Of a stretch of 64,000 nt of DNA, positions 14,785 through 25,500 are shown in pieces. The notes below the pieces were generated by a model. The model did no database searches. It was given only the letters and a program-made list of their open reading frames with translations, and was not told the origin of the DNA. Where the stretch lies: the NCBI GenBank assembly GCA_965603825.1, contig CBFDEM010000032.1:186001-250000 (forward strand), written 5' to 3'. Every line of letters starts with the position of its first letter. Within the stretch, counting starts at the first letter, position 1. A program made the position numbers and the translations under genes. The DNA comes from Blepharisma stoltei ATCC 30299 (taxonomy: Eukaryota; Protista; Ciliophora).

Positions 14785-17700
14785 ATGCCTGAAGATAGCA
14801 AGATATTGGGAACCGAAACCACCGAAGTTTTTAACCTTAAAAAGTATCCAAGCACTAAAGAAGAAATAAAAATTTATGTCTTCAAAATTTTGGAAAAATT
14901 ATTTAAGGTAACATACAATACTAAAATGAAAAGAGCAAGACAGCAAATGCAGGAAATTATAATAAATTTTATAATTGCATTGCAGATGGCTACAATGATT
15001 TGGAGTCCCAATGTAAATATAAAAAACTGGGATCCAAATTTAGATACTTGGCAAATAATCAAATATGTCAGCTTCGAAAGAATATGTGGAGAGACTGGAA
15101 CACTTAATATATATTTCTATGTTACAGTCTTCGAAATATTACTTTGAATATTTTGCTTTATAGCACTTCTTTCATTTAGCTATTTTGAAACTACTCTCTC
15201 ATATTTCTATATTTTACTCCCAAAGAAAATTTTATGTTTCCTTACTTCTATAGGCTTTATACCTAGCCTGATGATTTTATTAGTAGTATTCAAATATTCC
15301 ACCTTTAATTACCACGAAATTTCTGAATATTCCAATAGTATTTCATCATACTATATTAATTATGGAAAACTTGTCGGATTTTTTTCAATTTTACTTGCTA
15401 TCATTTTACTGACAATTAATATTTTTTCAATAATATTTACGTCTGATATTAGGCATTCCTCTGCAAAAGTAAATATCAGATCAAGAGCTTTTTCGAAGCT
15501 TGAAATAGCTCAGCTTTTTTTTATGTTTTTTCAATGCATTTCTTATGTAATGCTGAATGAAAAATATTTTTTAATTAGTCAAGGATTTTTATTCATATAT
15601 GGATTTATTCTTGCTGAAAAAATTATTTCAGCACTTCCTTATTATAACCCCATTGAAAATGCAATAAAATCATGCCAAATTAGTGCAATATCAATATCTA
15701 TCTTAATTTTTCTATTTAGCGCATATTTGGACAATGGAGAAATTATTGCTATTTTAAACATATTTTTGCAGCCTTTTGCGCTAATTTTAGTATGTCTTAA
15801 AGTAAAATCAAACTCAGCTGCAAAAATTGAAGTAAATACTGACTTTATAAATCAATATGAATTTGAAAGAAAAATGAGACCAAAATTATGTAATGAATTA
15901 AAACATGATTTTAACGATTTAATAAATAAATTCTCTTATTTTAGCCAAAAAGCGAAATTTGAATATGATAAACTATTTGTATTATGAGAAGCTAATTATT
16001 GTTTTTATGTGCTCAAAAATGAACAGCTAACAAGGGTTAAATTAACAAAAATGAAAAATGCCAAAAATATTTTAGAAGGAGAAATCCAGCAATGGTTACT
16101 TATTAATAAGCTTGACAACAATAAAACTAATTCATCTGAAGTGAAGTTTTTAGAGTATTTAGACGAGTTAAACAGAGTAAAAACATATGATTTATCATTA
16201 TGCGAAAAATTGCTTGATGTGATCAATGAAATTTTATTAAAATCTCCAAAAATTGATAAATTAGTAAGCATGATTATTTTCTGGATGAACCAGCAGGTCT
16301 AAGGTATTTGAGGTCTTATGCAAGATGCACAGAAACAAAATGGGGCATGCTGCATTGATACAGGAAGAGATGATACAAGAGATCTTCAGTGCAAGCTTAG
16401 TTGATGAAGGATGAATTAATGCATGATGTGCTGGCACAGAGCACTGTAGACAAGTGGCATTGATACAAGAAAATGAAATGATAAAAGAATTGACAGTGCA
16501 AGATGATTCAATACAAATTGTGCTGGCACAGAACGAAGATTGCATGTGATGTACTAATAAGGGTGAAGCTGTAAGAGTGGCAACTATGCAAGGTATCATT
16601 CTGCAAAATGATATTAAGATAAGGTTTAACCTAGATTTCCTTATAAAGGTTTGACTAATAGTGATATGTTAAGTTGTTATTGTGGAATGATCTTAGCAAT
16701 TAATGCAATTATGAAGCAATATATATAATGAAAATTGAAAACTGCTTTATGAAATGGGACTTATTTATTTATCATGCTATAGATATGCAAGTTAGTATGG
16801 AAATGGTCATGAACATTTGATATTGATATTTTGTCTTGGCATGCACTGTTTGACTATAAGTGTAATTCTTTGAATTCAAGACATAAGTCATAAATTATAT
16901 TACATTCTATGTAAACTCGATTAATTTCATATACATGAAATTGTTTGAATGCTTAGGAAAAGCACATCATGAAGCTCACTATGTTTCACTTGTTTTATGA
17001 TTTATGGTTCAAAATGTAAACAAGAGTTGAAAAGTGAAATATAAAATTTCATATGAAAACAAAATTTAGCATGCTAAAATTATTTCGTGCGCCAAATTGA
17101 TGCTCAAATATAAGTTTAGTTTGCTAAAAATGTTTGACATGTGAGTTTTTATTTTCACGTGTCAAAATAATTTGCAATTCTGATCGGGATTCCATATTTA
17201 GTAAACAGATTTTCATGGTTTTTAACATTTTGGTAATTTATTATTTTATGTATGCTCAGCAGATCACATGGGCTCTATTAACGATGCAATCACATGCAAC
17301 AAATTTTCATAATAATCTTATTTCTGCAAGCACTTGCACAATCAATTATTATTATCTCATACTTTTCTAATAGATCAATGCCCTAAAATTAATATAAGCA
17401 TCACAAATATACTTTTAATATCACATTTGAAAGCATTCAATAGTGCATTATATGATCTGTAGGACTACCAAATTTTTTACCAATATTCAGCTGAAATCAA
17501 TATCAAAGCCATCGTTAAAATCGATTACATTGCATCTTTTTGACAGAAAAAGAAGCAACCGGCATTTCTCCATAAACGAATACTATAACACTGTTCTATC
17601 ATATCAGACAAGTGTTTAATACAATAAATGTTCAAATACCGCGAAACAATAAGACAACAGCAAATTATTCAAATTTTCGAAAACTGAAGCAATAAGAAGC

Positions 17701-20700
17701 AATTTTAGATGTATTACAACTCAATTAAGCATTACCAAGTATCTATCCACTGTTAGATGAGCTTAACATAAATACTTCATCCTGCCTCAACTAAGTTTGC
17801 ACTGAAGATCTCTTGTATCACCTCTATCTGTATCAATGCAGTCTGCCCCATTTTACTTCGGTGCATCTTGCACGAGATCTCAAATTCCTTGGACCTGTCG
17901 GCTTATCCAGAAAACACGCCTTATAGCGCTATTTAAAGTAAATTGCTATAGGAGGGTTTCTCAGGTCGATCTATAACCGTGCTCACGGTGTACTAAAGCA
18001 TCAGACGATGTCAATAAAATGAAAAACTTGTATGAGAAACTTGTAAGTAGCCACAAACAAATCTGTGGGATCGAGCTTTATGCGTCATTTTTGCAAAGTA
18101 TTTTTCATAATGATGACCTCAGTAATCTGATGCTACGAAAAATAGAAACCATAAAAATTAATGACTTTAAATCTGCAGCCTTTAGCGAACAAAATGGTAT
18201 TTTGCTTGTTTCAGTTGATTCTATATCATTTGGAGAAATCGTATATATAAATGACCCAGCTTTATATATACTAAAAACTTCAAGGCTTGATACTATAGGA
18301 AAATCTTTTACGAAATTTATACCTCTACAGTATAGACTTAACCACGATACATATATTCATGAATTCGTCCAAAACTGTACAAATCCTGATGTTACAAATC
18401 ATCATGATTTCTTCCTTGAAAATGACGAAGGATTTTTATTTGAATGCCAGCTAATAATAAGGTTCACTCCGATGTATAACAAGGTTTATATTTTAATTTC
18501 CATAAAGCCTCTCAACACTTCTAGGCAAATGGCTTTAATTAGCAATGAAGGCATTATTCAAAATCATACTAATAAATTTCCATATTTTGTAGGGTGTGAA
18601 GGGGCAAGTGCTAAGAACAGAAATATTTCTGAATTTATTTCAAATTTTAGCATGCACTCTATCAATACTTTGGAACCTAAAATTGAAATGGTTGACAACC
18701 ATGAAATCGCCTTAATCCATTCAGAAAAAATCATAAAAGACACTAAAATCCATACTTTTACAATAATTTATAGCGAAGATGATATGCATATCTGGAAAAG
18801 AGAAGCTAAGTCTCACCAAGTCATTTATCTCAATAACAACAATGACACGGACACTGCAGTTTACTACTGCAACTGGATGCCATCAATTAATCAAAAAATG
18901 TATGAAAATATTAAATCTGTCTTCAAGATAACTGGAAAATTGCCTCAAGTTCCTATAGAAAATAATGATAATATCGACGCCCCAAAGGACTCTCAAAAAA
19001 CCATAGAACATTTTTCGACCCCTAAAGACCTTCTAACTCCATTAAGCAAAGATAGATATAATTCTGCCTCAAACAGCCAATCGAATTCCGCTCAACGATT
19101 TGTTACAAAAGTGATCCAAGAATCAGAAAACCGTATAAAATTTTTCCAGTCTATCTTTTTCTTTTCAGTTTTAGCTGTCGCTTGCTCAAATATTGGGATT
19201 TTAATTTATATTTATGATGAAGTCGATCATACGAGCTCATTGAAAACTTTTGAGCATTTAGGAGAAATTTTATATTTAATAGTATCCTCTGCTGATTTTG
19301 TAGTATCGATAAGCTATCATGTGAAAAATGGGCAATTATCAAATTCAAGTAATGTCCTGAATTTTAACAGGACTATTTTGCAGTTGAATTCTTTAAAAGA
19401 TTCGATCAGAACTGATTATGCAGACTGAAGTTACTGCCAGAACTCTGATATTTCGATAAAACCTTTAATTCCTGTATGGAAATATGAAAATAATAATGAG
19501 CTGAAAATGGTTAACTTTTATGATGCCATACAAGAATTCATAATTAAAGGAAATGATTTTATATCAAAAGTAGAAACTAGCAGCGATAATTCTAATGAAA
19601 TGAAATTTATCATAAAAAACTCACTTGGATTCATGTATGAGTACTCAGATTCTGCATTAGAAGGACTAGTTAGCTGTGAAAAAGACCGTATAAGTGGCCA
19701 AGGAGCTAATATAGGTGCATTTTTAGGCCTTGGAGTCGGGATTATTACTCTATTCTTAGCTTTTTTAATCATCCAGATTCTCTCCATCAATAAAAGATAT
19801 CAGGCACTATGAGACACTGTTATGAAAGTAGCCCGACTTTTTGGCGTCGAAGAGAAATATATTTTAATTGAAAGGCTTGCAGAGGTACATGGAATTGACT
19901 ATGCCTCATTAGACAATAATTGCTCTTCTAAAAAAAGCCATGAGGACTATAAAAAATTGAGTTTTAAAGTATTATGAAGATATGCATGAAGGCTCTCAAT
20001 ATTTTTCCTTGTTTCTGTTACATTTTATTTGGTCATTTATTTTGTACTTTATGCTCATTGTGAAGAATTTATGGTGAGTAGGCCTGTGATTCTACAAACT
20101 TTTACCAAGCAAAGAGCTCTATTATCAAGAATGAGCCTTTTTGCAAGGGATATTAATATTCCTGTAAATGAGGGATTATTTGCAAGTAGTTATTCTTTTA
20201 AGAATCCAAAGACAGAATTAGTAAACTCAGCAAGCCTTTTGAACGATGAAATATTGAGTATGAGGGATTCTAGGATTTTAGATTTGGCATCTGAAGATCT
20301 AAAGAAGAGAATTTTTGAATACTCTGAAATTGATGTAGGGATATTAAAATATGGGACAATTTCAGCAACAAATTCAGTGATTTTTCAAGCTTTTAGCTTA
20401 GGGAGTGGACTAGATTCTTCTTCAGAGGCTGAAATCCATAATTTTATTTTGGACATATCACAAATCCAACAAGATGCTGATATTAATTTCGGATTAGCAA
20501 ATCATGAGTCAAAAAAAAAAATCGAAGATATTTTAGGCAATATCATTCAGATTACAATTGCCTATTCAGTCGGATCCATCCTCGTCTTTATCTGTTTTTA
20601 CTGGCCCTTTTTAATTTCCGAGAGAAAAATTCTCATAAAAATCCAGAATTTTACAATTATTTTGCCTGCAAAAATAATTTTTAACAAGAAAAAAGATATT

Positions 20701-20706
20701 ATATAA
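14785..20706 (+). CDS. TmcB/TmcC-like membrane PAS-domain protein, copy 4 (~1401 aa once insertion 16277-17992 is removed)
   Basis: Near-identical to copy 5. No TAA/TAG or frameshift outside the insertion. Excision leaving one TA gives ATG ATT ACT AAA GCA TCA GAC (MITKASD), colinear with MITHVSD in copy 5. Confidence 0.8.
16277..16415 (+). repeat. Left arm of 139-bp inverted repeat
   Basis: Aligns without gaps to the reverse complement of 17776-17914 with 20 mismatches (~86% identity, hand count). Confidence 0.93.
17776..17914 (-). repeat. Right (subterminal) arm of 139-bp inverted repeat
   Basis: Reverse complement begins TTTTCTGGATAAGCCGACAGGTCCAAGG versus left arm TTTTCTGGATGAACCAGCAGGTCTAAGG. 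Ends 76 bp inside the right TA. Confidence 0.93.
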
Positions 20707-20720
20707 ATAAACAAATAATT

Positions 20721-20832
20721 TTATATTAAATTCCCTTCAACTCTTTCGAGCTTGTCATTATAAAAATTTGTAAGTCTTGGAAATGAGTCTTTTTCTTTGC
20801 TAGATTGCTTTAATAATTTCCCAGTTTTGCTA
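20721..20832 (-). pseudogene. Duplicated 3' tip of the EF-hand/coiled-coil gene (26790-28265)
   Basis: Matches 26790-26901. No upstream coding sequence is present. Confidence 0.85.
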
Positions 20833-20913
20833 AATTTAAACTGCAAGTTTTTTTGTATTAAAAATTTGATTTATCCAGTTATAAGACTTCAAAATTTTGA
20901 AATATAAGATCAA

Positions 20914-21744
20914 ATATATAGATTTACGAATGGCATGTGTAGACAGGCTCTCGAATGTTCATGGGATTGAGTATGATCTTATAGAGAATTCTGTGCGCAT
21001 TCGATCGCAATAAGATAAAGCCGCAAAAATTCATACCAAAATCTATATAAAATTGATCCTTCACTTATCAATTTTTTTTCTTATTGTTTTGCTTTATTTT
21101 TTATTCCAAAAATTTTATTTTAATGATAAGTGTGAAGACCTTATGAAAATCGCCCATATTTGTTCAAAAATTTTTCTTACAGAAGAGCAACTCTGTCAAT
21201 GCTTTCTCTTTTTTTTCAAGAGATACAAATATTCAAGAATACAAAAAATGATTTTCTCTTTCCTATGATTTCACAAACTCTGAGGAGTATAAACAAGCAT
21301 CTGAAATTCTCATAAAAAAGACTTGGAAGCAAGGATTAGCAAGTTTAAAGTATTAATGTCTGATAAACTCAAAGAGATTTTTTTGAAGCATAGGCACTTA
21401 TAATATGAAATTGCGTCTAGGAGATTAGCTCCAACAAATTTAGTTTATTTTGGTGCAGTTTATATAGCTGCGGCTTACAGATGAACACAATTAATGATAT
21501 CCGAAACTTTGTAGATAGTATTTATCAGCTGCAAGCTGAGATGGAGATTGATTATCAAATGGCCAGCGAAGACCCCAAAGATGCTATCAATCTGCAATTG
21601 TCCTATATTGTGTATAATACAATTATGTTTGCAATCATCCTAGTTTTGTAGTATGATTTTTATTATTTGCTGAAGAGCTGTATTAAAAAGCTTTAAGTTA
21701 TGACGTTGGTAATTCCAATATTTAAAAGGTCTTATCATATATAG
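20914..21744 (+). pseudogene. Decayed 3' fragment of PAS gene copy 3
   Basis: Homologous to 13446-14310, with a nonsense change (AAA to TAA at 21011-21013), several 1-nt frameshifts (e.g. ATGAAAAATCGC to ATGAAAATCGC) and small deletions. No 5' portion. Confidence 0.9.
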
Positions 21745-22536
21745 ATTTAACAAGTTGCTTAAAATTAATATAAGTTCAGATTAAGTATTTTTTTCAAAAC
21801 TTATCAAGAAATTCGCTAATTGGCTTAAGCTATAACTTTTAAAAGTGCTATCTAAGCTATCAATTAAATTATTTAAATTTTGGTCTTAAATAAAATAATT
21901 CGCAGGCTTCAACACTAGAAATATGGTAATAATTATATAAAATAAAAAAAAGTTTTATCTCCCAGATATATTTTACTTTACGAAGATTAAAATAAGGAGC
22001 ATTTAATGTTTAAGCTTTATTTAACTTAAACTTTATTACTAACGTTAGATTGATTTTTGACTCTTATGATAAATAAAAATTCCAATTATAATTTATTTGA
22101 TAATTGCAGATTTTTGCTGGAATTGCAAGAAAATCAATATCAATAGTTGGTATAGCAATTCAAGCCTCTTCAATTGCCTTCCATTTATATTTTAACTCTG
22201 AGAGCTAAATTGGCTTTTACATATTTATTTATATAAAAATAGGTTAAGTAATTTTTTCTAGAACGCTAAATCAGTTATAAAACTCCTATTTCAAATTTCT
22301 GTTTGCACCATAGCTCAGCTCTTGAATTAATAGCTTCTATGGTTCAAGCTTGTCAGATATCAAAATTAACAAATTCTAGCTGGAATTCCAGATAAATTTT
22401 CATAACCATTTTAATTAATTTTATTTTATAAGTGACTGATTTCTAGTTAAGATAATTAAAGTATTAAAAAATGGAATTCTAGAATCGAGTATTTATTGAT
22501 TCATTTATGAGATTAAGAAGTTTTAATATAATTAAA

Positions 22537-25500
22537 ATGCCTGAAGATAGTAAAATATTGGAAACCGAAACTATTGAAGTTTTTAAACTTAAAAAGTATC
22601 TCAGCACTAAAGAAGAAATAAAGATAAATGCCTTCAAAATGTTGGAACAATTATTAAATATAGCATACAATGCTAAAATTAAAAGAGCAAGACAGCAAAT
22701 GCAGGAAATTATAATAAATTTTATAGTCGCATTGCAGATGGCCATAATGATTTGGAGTCCCAATGTAAGTATAAAAAACTGGGATCCAGATTTAGATACT
22801 TGGCAGACAATCAAATATGTCAGCTTCGAAAGAATATGTGGAGAGACTGGAACACTTAATATATATTTCTATATAACAGTCTTCGAAATATTGCTTTGCG
22901 TCTTTTGCTTTATAGCGCTTCTTTCGCTTAGCTATTTTGAAACTACTCTTTCATATTTCTATATTTTACTCCCAAAGAAAATTTTATGTTTCCTCACTTC
23001 CATAGGCTTTATACCTAGTATGATGATTTTATTAGTAGTATTCAAATATTCCACCTTTAATTACCACGAAATTTCTGAATATTCTAATAATATTTCATCA
23101 TACTATATTAATTATGGAAAACTTGTCGGATTTTTTTCAATTTTACTTGCTATCATTTTACTGACAATTAATATTTTTTCAATAATATTTACATCTGATA
23201 TAAGGCATTCCTTTGCAAAAGTAAATATCAGATCAAGAGCTTTTTCGAAGCTTGAAATAGCTCAGCTTTTTTTTATGTTTTTTCAATGCATTTCTTTTGT
23301 AATGCTGAATGAAAAATATGTTTTAATTAGTCAAGGATTTTTATTCATATATGGATTTATTCTTGCTAAAAAAATTATTTCAGCACTTCCTTATTATAAC
23401 CCCATTGAAAATGCAATAAAATCATGCCAAATTAGTGCAATATCAATATCTATCTTAATTTTTCTATTTAGCGCATATTTGGATAATGGAGAAATTATTG
23501 CTATTTTAAACGTATTTTTGCAACCTTTTGCGCTAATTTTAGTATGTCTTAAAGTAAAATCAAACTCAGCTGCAAAAATTGAAGTAAATACTGACTTTAT
23601 AAATCAATATGAATTTGAAAGAAAAATGAGACCAAAATTATGTAATGAATTAAAACATGATTTTAACGATTTAATAAATAAATTCTCTTATTTTAGCCAA
23701 AAAGCGAAATTTGAATATGATAAACTATTTGTATTATGAGAAGCTACTTATTGTTTTTATGTGCTCAAAAATGAACAGTTAGCAAGGGTTAAATTAACAA
23801 AAATGAAAAATGCCAAAAATACTTTAGAAGGAGAAATCCAGCAATGATTGCTTATTAATAAGCTTGACAACAATAAAACTAGTTCATTTGAAGTAAAATT
23901 TTTAGAGTATTTAGACGAGCTAAACAGAGTAAAAGCGTATAATTTATCATTATGCGAAAAATTGCTTGATGTGATCAATGAAATTTTATTAAAATCTCCC
24001 AAAATTGATAAATTAGTAAATATGATCACCCATGTATCAGACCAAATCAATAAAATGAGAAATTCGTATGAAAACCTTGTAAGTAGCCACAAACAAATCT
24101 GTGGGATCGAGCTTTATGCGTCATTTTTGCAAAATATTCTTCATAATGATGACCTCAGTAATCTTATGCTAAGAAAAATAGAAACCATAAAAATTAATGG
24201 CTTTAACTCTGCAGCTTTTAATGAACATAATGGAATCCTCCTTGTTTCAGTTGATTCTATATCATTTGGAGAAATCGTATATATAAATGACCCAGCTTTA
24301 TATATACTAAAAACTTCAAGGCTTGATACTATAGGAAAATCTTTTACGAAATTTATACCTCTACAGTATAGACTTAACCACGATACATATATTCATGAAT
24401 TCGTCCAAAACTGTACAAATCCTGATGTTACAAATCATCATGATTTCTTCCTTGAAAATGACGAAGGATTTTTATTTGAATGCCAGCTAATAATAAGGTT
24501 CACTCCGATGTATAACAAGGTTTATATTTTAATTTCCATAAAGTCTCTCAACACTTCTAGGCAAATGGCTTTAATTAGCAATGAAGGCATTATTCAAAAT
24601 CATACTAATAAATTTCCATATTTTTTAGGGTGTGAAGGGGCAAGTGCTAAGAACAGAAATATTTCTGAATTTATTTCAAATTTTAGTATGCACTCTATCA
24701 ATACTTTGGAACCTAAAATTGAAATGGTTGACAACCATGAAATCGCCTTAATCCATTCAGAAAAAATCATAAAAGACACTAAAATCCACACTTTTACAAT
24801 AATTTACAGTGAAGATGATATGCATATCTGGAAAAGTGAACCCAAATCTCACCAAGTCATTTATCTCAATAGCAGCAATGATACGGACACTGCAATTTAT
24901 TACTGCAATTGGATGCCATCAATTAATCAAAAAATGTATGAAAACATTAAATCTGTCTTCAAGTTAACTGAAAAATTGCCTCAAGTACCTATAGAAAATA
25001 ATGATAATATCGATGTCCCCAAAGACTCTCAAAAATTCGTAGAACATTTTTCGGCCCCTAAAGACCTTCTAACTCCATTAAGCAAAGATAGATCTAATTC
25101 TGCCTCAAACAGCCAATCGAATTCCGCTCAACGATTTGTTACAAAAGTGATCCAAGAATCAGAAAACCGTATAAAATTTTTCCAGTCTATCTTTTTCTTT
25201 TCAGTTTTAGCTGTCGCTTGCTCAAATATTGGGATTTTAATTTATATTTATGATGAAGTCGATCATACGAACTCATTGAAAACTTTTGAGCATTTAGGAG
25301 AAATTTTATATTTAATAGCATCCTCTGCTGATTTTGTAGTATCGATAAGCTATCATGTGAAAAATGGGCAATTATCAAATTCAAGTAATGTCCTGAATTT
25401 TAACAGGACTATTTTGCAGTTGAATTCTTTAAAAGATTCGATCAGAACTGATTATGCAGACTGAAGTTACTGCCAGAACTCTGATATTTCGATAAAACCT

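Larger units (their letters stand above)
16277..17992. mobile_element. 1716-bp TA-bounded insertion (IES-like or non-autonomous inverted-repeat transposon)
   Basis: Absent from paralog copy 5. Flanked by TA at 16275-16276 and 17991-17992. Carries a 139-bp inverted repeat. No recognisable transposase ORF even with UGA=Trp. Confidence 0.8.
13446..20832 (+). repeat. Tandem segmental duplication, unit A (3' part of PAS gene 3, intergenic, PAS gene 4, 3' tip of EF-hand gene)
   Basis: ATATATAGATTTACGAATGGCATGTGTAGACAGG occurs at both 13446 and 20914. The unit end at ~20710-20832 matches ~26780-26901. Confidence 0.9.

Noticed and set aside
15145-15147. TGA aligned to TGC (22897) suggesting UGA=Cys or selenocysteine
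   Set aside because: Single case. Several TGA/TGG pairs and conserved Trp motifs favour Trp, so this is an ordinary W/C substitution.
17134-17370. 78-aa ORF inside the insertion as a transposase remnant
   Set aside because: Non-ATG start and no DDE, HTH or Rep motif.
16277-17992. Insertion as a spliceosomal intron or an in-frame coding exon (length is a multiple of 3)
   Set aside because: No GT..AG boundaries restore the frame, and there is an in-frame TAA at 16300-16302.
17976-17996. Canonical Helitron 3' end (hairpin followed by CTAA = CTRR)
   Set aside because: Alignment to copy 5 assigns CTAA to the host codons ACT AAA. The element ends at TA and has no 5' TC.
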